64,000 nucleotides of DNA from Pristiophorus japonicus. Lineage: Eukaryota. The notes beneath the pieces are model-generated. The model saw nothing but the letters and a program-made list of their open reading frames with translations. It did no database searches and was not told the DNA's origin. The DNA is taken from contig NC_091999.1 in NCBI RefSeq assembly GCF_044704955.1, forward strand, positions 46,500,001-46,564,000, given 5' to 3'. Each line of letters begins with the position of its first letter. The first letter of the stretch is position 1. Shown here in pieces: positions 37,300 to 48,861 of this stretch. Made by a program: the position numbers and the translations under genes.

Positions 37300-38290
37300 T
37301 ATTTTCAATGTCCCTTATTGACTTCCTTACAGCATAATGCAATGACCATAATCCCTGAAGCTATGATCCGTGCTATCACCAATCCCAGCTGGAACAATCT
37401 AACTAGATACTACTTTCCACCATTCCTGATTCTCAAGTCTTGGGATTGCCTGTTCTGTCTCTCTCTTCCTCTATGATTTGCACTGTGTGTTTCTGGGATG
37501 ACCTAATTCGCTGAATTATGAGCTTTAAAGCCAGAAACAGGGAGAATATAGTGTCCTATATGTGGAATGACTTGAATGGCTTCATCCTCCAGAGGCAGCC
37601 TTGTCTGCAGATAAGTTGCGTTATGATGATGTACCAGAATCAACGTTTAGCACTGATACATGTGTTCCTCGGTGGAATCAAGCTAAAGTGATGTTCCAGT
37701 CTGGGGCATCGGGTTGAACCCACAGTCATATACGTGACAGTAGTAGTCACACAATACTGTCCTTTTCCTTTATACATGGTATTAGTTTGGCCTTCGCCCC
37801 ATTTATTTATTTCAATCTGGCATTCTGGAGATTCCTTGTCGAGGGTGAACCCACAAGCTGGAACAGCTACAAACCCATGTTGTCCCTTTCAGAGTACAAC
37901 ACTGCATATCTGGTGCTATCCAAGTTACTCCCTTCTTAATCAGATATCTTGGATATTCCTCATACTGTTTATGGATCGGACCTAGCTCAGTCTTCCATCC
38001 TTGCAAACGGTTCTACCCTATACACCGTCCAAGGTTTCGTTTCATTTCCATTTTTCCTTAGCAAAAACAAGACTAGTCCCACTGGTCTAATATCTTCACT
38101 TCTTTCTCCTTCCCTCGGGGACAAAATCCCCATTCCTATTGGCTGCATCACATCAAAGCATATGACTTGGTTCCCCTAAACCATTTTCTCAGTTGTTCTT
38201 CATGAATAAACAAAGGGATTTGATTAGTCTCTCTCTTGTCCAGTCCCTTCTGCACTACATTCATCATAAATGTCAGAGGCTACACATGAT
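37300..38290 (-). pseudogene. Decayed envelope/fusion-glycoprotein-like coding sequence
   Basis: Frameshifted pieces QIPLFIHEEQL / RPVGLVLFL..PWTVYRVEP / YPRYLIKKGVTWIAPDMQCCTLKGTTWVC / CGFTLDKESPECQIEI..TMYKGKGQYCVTT, then hydrophobic LVRLFQLGLVIARIIASGIMVIALCCK next to the left repeat. Confidence 0.6.
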
Positions 38291-40285
38291 ACCTCCAGTA
38301 AGCCACATCATGTTCCCATTCACTTTCTATATCTATTCTGTTCACTCCTGCTAACCTTGCTGTGGCTCATATTCTGAGCTATCCTGTCAGCTCTCACTTT
38401 CCTTGTGATTTAAACTGATTCTCCTTGTGTTCCCCATCTTCCTCATCCCTTGGTTCCTGTTTTCTTTTCTTTACAAACACATCCTTTACTATTTCTCTTC
38501 CCATTTTGTCTATTAATTGTGAATATCTCCCTTCACATAATCTAGTTGATAGATTCAAGCTCATGTTTAAATCTTTTGATTTCAATGTACAATTTAAAAA
38601 CACACATTGTTATATAATACATTTCCTGATTCAGTTACTTCTAGTCCATTACATGTGGGTTCTTTTACTGGATGGGACAGGTCGAGTTCTTTTTGTGAGG
38701 TGGGATGTCATTTTATTTAAGTCCCACATATGATGATCACTATCAGCGTTTGTACTTGGCAAACCAATAGTAAACATTACTGATCAACATACGACATTTC
38801 TTACTTTAAAATAACCTGCCGTCATTACATTTTAAGTTTGTATTGAAGTATTTTATTATGGTCTTGAATTACTTATTGTCCTGGTGTGATACTAACTCTT
38901 TAAGTGAACACTATTAATTTAGTGTTTCGGGTCAGGATGTGTCCCAACCCACCTGGTTCAGGGGAGTCTTCCTGGTCTCCCAATCTTCCCAAGGAGCAGG
39001 CTTTAGGGTTCTTTCTCTATTACCACCAAAATTATGCTTTTGAGGATCTATACCTCGGTTTATCACGGATTCCAAAACTAACCCTTTTGAGGTCCTCTGC
39101 TTCCTCCTGGAGATCGCCTCTCACTTGGATCCATGTTTTGTTATGGAGCCTGTAAGGTCTGGCCTCCTTCTCTCCCACCTTCAGCTTGTAGCTGATCTGT
39201 ACACAGCCATGGCCACCTTGTCCAGACAGAAACAGGCTGACTTTTTTTATTTTTAGCCTCTCTACAAGCTTTCTTTGTTCAGTACTTAGTGGCAGCATTG
39301 AAACTGACAACCATTCTAGCTGTAAGGAAATCCGAATTTGATCAGCATTCTCGCTACTGTTAATTCTAACGCCTCTGACAGGTAGCAGTGTGTTTAACTC
39401 CATCCTGATTATTTCAAAGTCGGTTTCTCTATGGAGAACGTGTCACGGCCTTGACGGTTTAAAAAGTTCTCTCACTCTCCTGAGCCACATTAGCCATTTC
39501 ATGTTGTGCTGTTGTCGATAACTGAGCATGCCTGAGACTCGTTCACACACACACACAGCGGTATCCCAATATCATGCCACATGTGACATCTGACCCAAGC
39601 CATTTGAGGTGATCTTATCAAAAGATCGTGGGGTGTCTGAAGATCTTTGCTCATCTCCCTCTGCACGGTCCTGATGTCTCGGGTAGGGGCCAGGCGATCA
39701 AATTCAGTTTTCTTATTGTTCAGTGTAGGCAATGACACAAACATCTCAGAGAAATCTTAGCAATTTCCTACACTTCCCTGACTTTAACAAGAATTTACAT
39801 TAACACCAGATTGTACCCAGGTGATTTATGACAATTCACCCAGGAACAATTAGTGAAGAAACATTTCTATTTGGAGGTGTAACTTTCCTGTTTTCCTCTT
39901 ATATCCTCACTCATTTCCTCTCATTACATTTTATACAGTGTTCACCATTTCATTCATGAGCCCAGAGGAACTTTACTGTCGCATACAATATTATCATACT
40001 GTCTTTAAACATCGATCAAACATTCCCACTTGCTCCAAGTTTTGACCCAGTTTCTTTGTTTAATTTTATTTAACCGAACCTCTTCTTGGACCTTTTATTC
40101 TCCAAAATATGCCACGAGGAAGGGTGTTAGTTACCTTTAGCATAACAGTCGCCCCAAAAAACTTATTTCTGAATACATAGTTTGGACAGAACCACAGAGA
40201 CGGGACTTTTTCAAAAATAAAACTTAATTATCTCAATTTTCAGCTAAATTTTCCTTCCCATGTGTTTGACCAGCGACGCTTAGCA

Positions 40286-40317
<32 letters not shown>

Positions 40318-40439
40318 AGTTTTAATTTCACAAACAAATTATGCCCAGACTTTGTCATTTTACAAAGAAGACAAAAGTAACAATCGCGTTTGGATGCAAG
40401 TCATTTATCTTCTCCTTCGAGCAGTGTGTCTTGGACAAT

Positions 40440-41020
40440 AGGATTACATCGGATATAGGACCCAGAAACAGGCCATTCGGCCCAACCAGTCCATGCCGGC
40501 GTTTATGCTCCACTCGAGCCCCCTCCCTTCTTTCCTCATCTAACTATATCCACATAGCCCTCGATTCCCTTTTCCCTCATGTTTCTCTAGCCTCCCCTTA
40601 AATGCATCGATACTATTCGCTTCAACCCCTCCCTGTGGCAGTGAGTTCCACATTCTCACCACTCTCCGGGTAGAGATTTCTTCTGAATTCTCTATTTCAT
40701 TTCTTGGTGACTATCTTATGTTGATGGCCTCTAATTATGCTGGTCCCCACAAGTGGAAACACTGTATCTTCTCTATCATAATCTTTCATCATTTTAGGTC
40801 ACCCCTCAGCCTTCTTTTTTCAAGAGAAGAGAGACCCGGCCTGTCCATCCTTTCCCGATAGGTATACGGTCACCTTTCTGGTATCATCCTTGTAAATCTT
40901 CTCTGCACCCTCTCCAGTGCCTCCATATCCTTTTTATAATATGGTGACCAGAATTGCACACACAAAGTCTAACCAAGGTTCAATACAAGTTTAGCATAAC
41001 TTCACCACTTTTCCATTCTA
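40440..41020 (-). mobile_element. CR1 3' fragment
   Basis: ggccattcggccc tail; reverse C-terminal ORF2 motifs. Confidence 0.75.
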
Positions 41021-42291
41021 TAACAATTCAATTCTATAACAATCAATCCCAATAATTTAACTCAATACTTTAAATTCTTAAGTCCAACTTTGTCAGCATG
41101 CTGCGACATTCGATGTCTGCAGATAACTGGAGATAATTTTGTTTTAACTGCTGGATCTTTTGCTATGCCATCAACCTCTTATCCAACTGGAACTGGCATT
41201 GCCTGATATGGTAGTCTTTGGCTACGGCATAGTCCAGAGACACAAGTCTGCATTTTCTTCAACATTCATCAACAATGTTGGAAGCACTGGTCTTCCTGTG
41301 ACAAGCACAAACCACTAGTCTCTGAACTTTTCTTATTCTAACATAATATTTCTAATCTAAACATTCTATGAAGAAAATATCCTCAGCCAGTTGGTTGCAA
41401 ACACCAACTGTTGCTCAATGAAATCTCTCTTTAATGATAACAACCATATTTTCGCCGCTATGGAATGAACTAAACATGAACACCTTTCAGAAGCTGAATT
41501 AACCGAATTCCCGATGCCAATACCCCTCTCATCTTCCATTCACTTCAACTGAAAGGAAAACGCCAGATTGTATCAGTCGGGATTTGAAAGATATTTACAA
41601 CAGATGCTAGATATTCTTAGAGTTAGCATTGTTCTCTATTCTGTCTACTCGAGGAGTTTGATAACAGACTTTCTCCTGTGAATGCAGAGCTGGAATATTG
41701 GGCCGGGATGTATTTACTTGTTCATCTTGTTGACTCGAAACCATTGGCAATTATTTGATGTGATCTGTATTTTCTTAAATACATTTCCTGAGTGGATTCA
41801 AATTTAAATTGAACCCAGGTTTGCAGGCGTGATGCTCCATTCACACATCGAAGGTGAGAGAGATGCTGTGGGACACACACTAAGTCCAGTATCTGAAAGT
41901 GATTCACAGACTGGGTTTTGTGTTCAGGGCTCCCAGTCATGTTACCGACACCTTCCCACAATACCAAGGCTAGGAGAGGCACTCTGGAAGGTAAGGGGAA
42001 CTGGCATTTGTCCACGAGAGTAACCGAAGGTATGAGAACTGAAATAATCCAGAGTTAGAAAGGAGAAAAGGCCCCAAAATGGTGCAGTCAGTAACAGGAC
42101 ATTAATTAGTCTCCTCTTATCTTGGAACATTAAATATCGACACACTCTGTTATTGAAACATCTAAATATTATATTCCAGCCCAGTTATAGGGGTTATTTT
42201 CATCAGAAACAAACTTCAACTGTCGGAATGGACACGATTCAGTCAGGATGTGATTAACAGCTGCAATAACAGCAGAATCCAACCCCTGCAG

Positions 42292-43073
42292 TCACTTGTG
42301 AACTCGCTGGTGTGCCAGCAGGTGGAATGACCGAGTGAATCGCTTCCCACACTCCGAGCAGGTGAACTGCCTCTCACCAGTGTGAACCCGCTGGTGTGTC
42401 AGCAGGCAGGATGACACACTGAATCCCTTCCCACACTCAGAGCAGATAAATGGCCTCTCCCCAGTGTGAACTCGCTGGTGTATCAGCAGGTTGGATGACC
42501 GAGTGAATCCCTTCCCACACACGGGGCAGGTGAATGGCCTCTTCCCAGGGTGAACTCGCTGGTGTATCAGCAGGTCGGATGACCGAGTGAATCCCTTCCC
42601 ACACACGGGGCAGGTGAACGGCCTCTCCCCAGTGTGACTGTGTTGATGAATTTGCAGTGCAGATGGGTAGCTAAATCCCTTCCCACAGTCCCCACATTTC
42701 CACGGTTTCTCCGTGGTGCGGGTGTGGTTCTGTCTCTCCAGGTTGGATGATCAGTTGAAGCCTCCTCCACACACAACACGTTTACAGTTTTCCCCGCTGT
42801 GAATGGTACGATGGTGTTTCAGGCTGTGTAACTGGTTAAAGCTCTTTCCACAATCAGTGCACTAAAACACTCTCAATCGGGTGTTTGTGTCTCTGCTTTT
42901 TCAGTCACACTGATGTTTGTAATCTTTCCCCACAGGCAAAACAAAAAAACATTTCTCCTTCCACATTCAAAGGCCGATGATATTCAAGTCCTGATGAATT
43001 GAGTGACTCTATCAGATCTTGACGTGACGTTTAGTTTGAGTTTCCCTCCTTCAAATCCTCCCCTTCTAACATC
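42292..43073 (-). pseudogene. C2H2 zinc-finger exon C: five intact fingers, but the family ATG is ACG (42714)
   Basis: Acceptor cactttttgcag| at 43074; GCACC-ACG-GAG AAA CCG TGG; frame open to TGA at 42292. Confidence 0.85.
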
Positions 43074-43199
43074 CTGCAAAAAGTGTTTACAAAAGTCATC
43101 ACTGGAAGTGCAGGATCGAAATTCAACAGAGACAATTCTAGTTTCTATGGAACATTCTTTCCTTCTGCTGTGTGGTTTTAAGTATTGACTTAATAAAAA

Positions 43200-44500
43200 T
43201 AATAAAGAGGGAAAAGGTAGATTGAGAGTAAACTGGCAAGAAATATAAACACAGTCAGAGCTTCTACAGGTATATAAAAAGGAAGAGATAGCTAAAATAA
43301 ACGTTGGTCCCTTAGAGGATGAGATGGGGAATTAATAATGAGAAACAGGGAAATGGCAGAGTCTTTAAACAAATATTTTGTGTGGTCTTCACGGTGGAAG
43401 ACACTAAAAGCACCCCAATAATATTAATGAAGGGGTCACAGGGAGTGAGGAACTTAAAACAATCATTATCACGAGAGAAAAAGTACTAGACAAACTATTG
43501 GGACTAAATGTGGACCTCCCTAGGGTCTTAAAAGAAGTGGCTGCAGAGAAAATGGATGGATTGGTTGTAATCTAACAAAATTCCCTGGATTCTGGCAAGG
43601 TCCCAGTGGATTGGAAAACCTCGAATGTAACACCACTATTCAACAAGGGAGGGAGGGAGAGAGAAAGCAGGAAACTATAGAGCAGTTAGCCAAACATCTA
43701 TCATTGGAAAAATGCTGGAGGCCATTATTAAGGAAATAGTAGCAGGACATTTAGAAAATCATAATAGTCAAGCAGAGATGGCATGGTTTTATGAAAGGGA
43801 AATCAGGTTTGACAAATTTGCTGGAATTCTTTGAGGATGTAACGAGCAGGGTGGATGAAGAGGAACCAGTAGCAGTTGTGTATTTGCATTTCCAGAAGTC
43901 ATTCGATAAGGTGCCAGATAAAAGGTTACTGCACAATATAAGAGCTCACAGGGTTGGGGGTAATATATTAGCATAGATGTAGGATTGGCAAACTAACAGA
44001 AAAAACAGATAAATGGGTCATTTTCAGGTTGGCAAACTGTAACTAGTGGGGTGCCACAGGGATCAGTGCTGGGGCCTCAACTATTTACAATCTATATTAA
44101 TGACTTGGATGAAGGGACGGAGTGCACTGCAGCCAAATATGCTGCTGATACCAAGATAGGTGGGAAAGCAAGTTGTGAGGAGACAAAGACAAAGAATCTG
44201 CAAAGGGTTATGGACAGGCTCAGTGAGTGGGCAAAAATTTGGCAGATGGAGTATAATGTGGGAAAATGTGAGGTTATGCACTTTGGTAGGAAGAATAAAA
44301 AGGCAAATTATTATTTAAATGGAGACTACAAAATGCTGCGGTACAGAGGGATCTGGGGGTCCTTGTGCATGAAACACAAAAAGTTAGCATCAGGTACAGC
44401 AAGTAATCAGGAAGGCAAATGCAATGTTGGCCTTTATTGTAAGGGGAATGGAGTATAAAAGTAGAGAAGTCTTGCTACAACTGTACAGGGTGTTCGTGAG
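43200..44500 (+). mobile_element. CR1 ORF2 internal fragment, decayed
   Basis: LTNLLEFFEDVT, PQGSVLGPQLF. Confidence 0.9.
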
Positions 44501-44596
44501 ATGATTTTGAGGAATAGACAAAATATCTAAGCATTGATAAATGCATCATCTAACATCTCCAACTGAGCTAACCTGCTGTAACTATGTCAGTATTTG

Positions 44597-45030
44597 TGTC
44601 AGCTGTGACTCAGTGGGTAACACACTTGCCTCTGGGTCACAAGGTTGTGGGTTGATGTCGCACTCCAGAGACATGAACACAAAAATCTCGGCTGATGCTC
44701 CAGTGCAGTGCTGAGGGACTGCTGTACTGTCGGAGGTGCTGTCTTTTGGATAAGATGTTAAATCGAGGCCCCGTCTGCTCCCTCAGGTGTACGTAAAAGG
44801 TCCCATTGCACTATTTCAAGCAGAACAGGGGAGTTATCCCCGATGTCCTGGCCAATATTTTCCCTCAACATCAGTAAAGCAGATTATCTGGTCATTATCA
44901 CATTGTAAATTGGTTGCTGCGTTTCCTACATTATGATAGAGACTACACTTCAAAAATAACTTAATTGACTGTGAAGGGCTTTGGGGCATCTGGTGGTGGT
45001 GAAAGGTGCAAAATAAATGCAAGTCTTTTT
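44597..45030 (+). mobile_element. tRNA-derived Deu-domain SINE
   Basis: Homologous to 22470-22907. Confidence 0.8.
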
Positions 45031-45299
45031 ATTTTCTATATGTCTTTTATTACTCTCCCTTCTCCCATTGTGCCTCCTTTTGTCTGCTGTCACTTCCCCA
45101 CTTCCTCTTCCCCACCCAACTTTACAGTTCATGTCTTGTGTACATGGTCTCTCTCTCTCTCTCTCCTTTCCCTCACTCTATCGCTCCCTTTAAGCTGTCC
45201 ATCTGCCATATCTCCCAGTTCTGATCAAATGCTCTCCCTGACCCATCACCATTTCTCCTTCCTCTATAGACAACAACAACTTTCATTTATATAGCACCT

Positions 45300-47370
45300 T
45301 TAAGAACATAAGAGTTATGAGCAGGAGTAGGCCATACGGCCCCTCGAGCCTGCTCCACCATTCAATAACATCATGGCTGATCATCAACCTCAACTCCACT
45401 TTCCCGCCCGATCTCCATATCCCTCGATTCCCCAAACACCAAAAATGTATCTATCTCAGCCTTGAAATAACTCTGTAAAATGTCCCCTGGTGCTTCACAG
45501 GAGCATTATCAGATAAAATTTGACACCGATGGTCAAAGAGGCACATTTTAAAGAGGGTTAAAAAGGAAAAGAGTGGCTCAAGTAAATGTTGGTCCCCTGG
45601 AGGATGAGACTGGGGAATTAATAATGGAGAACAGGGAAATGGCAGAGACGTTGAATAAATATTTTGTATCGGTCTTCACGGTAGAAGACACTAAAAACAT
45701 CCCAATAGTGGATAATCAAGGGGCGATAGGTAGGGAGGAATTTAATACAATTACTATCAGTAATGAAGTGGTACTAGGTAAAATAATGGGACTAAAGGTG
45801 GACAAATCCCCTGGACCTGATGCCTTACATCCCAGGGTCTTAAGAGAAATGGCTGCAGAGTGGATGCATTGGTTTAAATCTACCAAAATTCCCTGGATTC
45901 TGGGCAGTCCCAGCAGACTGGAAAACCACAAATGTAACGCCCCTATTTAAAAAAGGAGGCAGACAAAAAGCAGGAAACTATCGACCAGTTAGCCTCACAT
46001 CTGTCGTTGGGAAAATGTTGGAGTCCATTATTAAGGAAGCAGTAATGGGACATTTGGAAAACCATGATTCAATCAAGCAGAGTCAGCATGGTTTTATGAA
46101 AGGGAAATCATGTTTGACAAATTTGCTGGAGTTCTTTGAGGATGTAAAGAGCAGGATGGATAAGGGGGAACCAGTGGATGTGGTGTATTTGGATTTCAAG
46201 AAGGCATTCGATAAGGTGCCACATAAGAGGTTACTGCACAAGATAAAAGCTCACTGGGTTAGGGGCAATATATTAGCATGGATAGAGGATTGGCTAACTA
46301 AGAGAAAACACAGTCGGGATAAATGGGTCTTTTTACAGTTGACAAACAGTGATTAGTGGAGTGCCGCAGGGATCGGTGCTGGGTCCTCAACTATTTACAA
46401 TCCATAGTAATGACTTGGATGAAGGGACAGAGTGTAATGTAGCCAAGTTTGCTGATGATACAAAGATGGGTGGGAAAGCAAATTGTGAGGAGGACACAAA
46501 AAATCTGCAAAGGCTCAGTGAGTGGGCAAAAATTTGGCAGATGGAGTATAATGTGGGAAACTGTGAGATTATCCACTTTGCCAGAAATAAAAGAAAAGCA
46601 AATTATAATTTAAATGGAGAAAAATTGCAAAGTGCTGCAGTACAGAGAGACCTGGGGGTCCTTGTGCAAGAAACACATAAAGTTAGTATGTAGGTACAGC
46701 AAGTAATCAGGAAGGCAAATAGAATGTTGGCCTTTATTGCAAGGGGAATGGAGTATAAAAGCAGAGAAGTCTGCTACACCTGTACAGGGTATTGGTGAGG
46801 CCACACCTGGAGTACTGCGTACAGTTTTAGTCTGCTTATTTAAGGAGGGATATACTTGCATTGGAGGCTGTCAGAGAAGGTTCACTAGGTTGATTCCGGA
46901 TATGAGGGGGATGTCTGGTGAAAATAAGTTGAATAGGTTGGGCCTATACTCATTGGAGTTCAGAAGAATGAGATGGGATTTTGTTGAAACATATAAGATA
47001 ATGAGGGGGTTCGAAAAGGTGGATGCAGAGAGGATATTTGCATCCACTCATAGGGGAAACTAAAACTAGAGGACATAGTCTTAGAATAAGGGGCCGCCCA
47101 TTTAGAACTGAGATGAGGAGAAATTTCTTCTCTCAGAAGGTTGTTAATCTGTGAAATTCTCTGCCCCAGAGAGCTGTGGAGGCTGGGTCATTGAATATAT
47201 TTAAGGTGCAGATAGACAGATTTTTGAACAATAAGGGAATTAAGGGTTATGGGGAGTGGGGAGGGAAGTGGAGCTCAGTCGATGACCAGATGAGCCATGA
47301 TCTTATTGAATGGTGGAGCAGACTCGAGGGGCCAAATGGCCTACTCCTGCTCCTATTTCTTATGTTCTTA
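45300..47370. mobile_element. CR1 tail fragment (45300-45470 -) and 5'-truncated CR1 (45560-47370 +)
   Basis: ORF pieces 45573-47379; tail cctactcctgctcctatttcttatgttctta. Confidence 0.9.
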
Positions 47371-47579
47371 GGGTCTTAAAGGAGGAGGGAGAGGTGTAGG
47401 GAGGGAATTCTGGAGCTTAGGGCCTAGCCACCAATGGTGGTGAGATTAAAATCAGGAATGTGCAGGATGCCAGAGATCCTGGAGGGTTATAGGGCTGGAG
47501 GAGGTTACAGAGATAGGGAGGGGCGAGGCCACGGAGGGATTTGAAAACAAGGATGAGAATTTTTTAATTGAGCTTCGTG

Positions 47580-47985
47580 CCCAGTCATCATTTCTCCTTC
47601 CTTTACAGACGCTCCCTGACCACTCTCCATTTCTCCTTCCTTTACAGACGCTCCCTGACCACTCTCCATTTCTCCTTCCTTTACAGACGCTCCCTGACCA
47701 CTCTCCATTTCTCCTTCCTTTACAGACGCTCCCTGACCACTCTCCATTTCTCCTTCCTTTACAGACGCTCCCTGACCACTCTCCATTTCTCCTTCCTTTA
47801 CAGACGCTCCCTGACCACTCTCCATTTCTCCTTCCTTTACAGACGCTCCCTGACCACTCATCATTTCTCCTTCCTTTACAGACGCTCCCTGACCAATCTC
47901 CATTTCTCCTTCCTTTACAGACGCTCCCTGACCACTCCCCATTTCTCCTTCCTTTACAGACGCTCCCTGACCACTCTCCATTTCT
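47580..47985 (+). repeat. 39-bp minisatellite, ~10 units
   Basis: GACGCTCCCTGACCACTCTCCATTTCTCCTTCCTTTACA; further degenerate units at ~45232-45270 and 48690-48790. Confidence 0.95.
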
Positions 47986-48009
47986 GCTACATTTTTTGAA
48001 ATATTTAAA

Positions 48010-48688
48010 GAGTTTAATAAATCTTTGAAGGTCGCAGGACAGGTTAACAAAGCTGTTAATAAAGCGTAAAGGATCCTGGGCTTTATAAATCGAGGCTCAG
48101 AGTACTAAAGCCGGGAAGTTATGCTAAAGCTATATAAAACACTAGCTCAACCCCAGCTGGAGGGTTGGGTCCAATTCTGGGCACACTTCAGGAAGGACAC
48201 AAAGGCTTTGGAGAGGGGACAGAAGAGATTTACTGGAATGGTGCCAGGGATGAGGAACTTCATTTATGTGGAGACTGGAGAAGCTGGGATTGTTCTGCTT
48301 GGAGCAGAGAAGGTTAAGACGAGATTTGATAGAGGTGTTAAAAATCATGAAGATTAGATAGAATAAATAGAGACACTGTTTCTATCGGCTGATAACCAGA
48401 GGGCACAGATTTGAGGCGATTGGCAAAAACAGAGGTCACATGAGGAAAACCATTTTCCCACAAGGAGTGGTTAGGGTTTGGAATGCACTGCCTGACGGAG
48501 CGGTGGAGACAGAGTCAATCGTAGCCTTCAAAAGTGAATTGGACAAACACTTGAAGCAGAATGATATTGCAGGGTTTTGGGGAAAGAGCGGGGGAAGCGG
48601 GATAACCGGATTGCTTCCCGAAAGTATCGGCACAGACTCGATGGGCCGAATGGCCCCCTTCTGTGCTGCAATATTCTGTGATTCTAGA
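48010..48688 (+). mobile_element. CR1 3' fragment
   Basis: LKLYKTL..PQLE..VQFW; VWNALPDGAVE; gatgggccgaatggcc. Confidence 0.85.
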
Positions 48689-48861
48689 ATTCTTTACAGA
48701 CGCTCCCTGCTCAGTCACCATTGAACCTTCATTTACAGACGCTCCCTGGTCCATTACTATTTCTCGTTGATTTACAGACACTCCCTGAGAGTTTGACGCA
48801 GACACAGCGCATGCACTGACCGCTCCTTCGGGCTGGAGCGGACCCAGGACCCGGCAGGCAG

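Larger units (their letters stand above)
36860..41505 (-). mobile_element. Old segment bounded by ~330-bp diverged direct repeats (36860-37175, 41178-41505), probable LTR element with env-like remnant
   Basis: Shared blocks cttatc.aactgga..atatggtagtct.tggctac..agagacacaagt..aaaccactagt..cctttcagaagctgaattaacc in both repeats. Confidence 0.6.
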
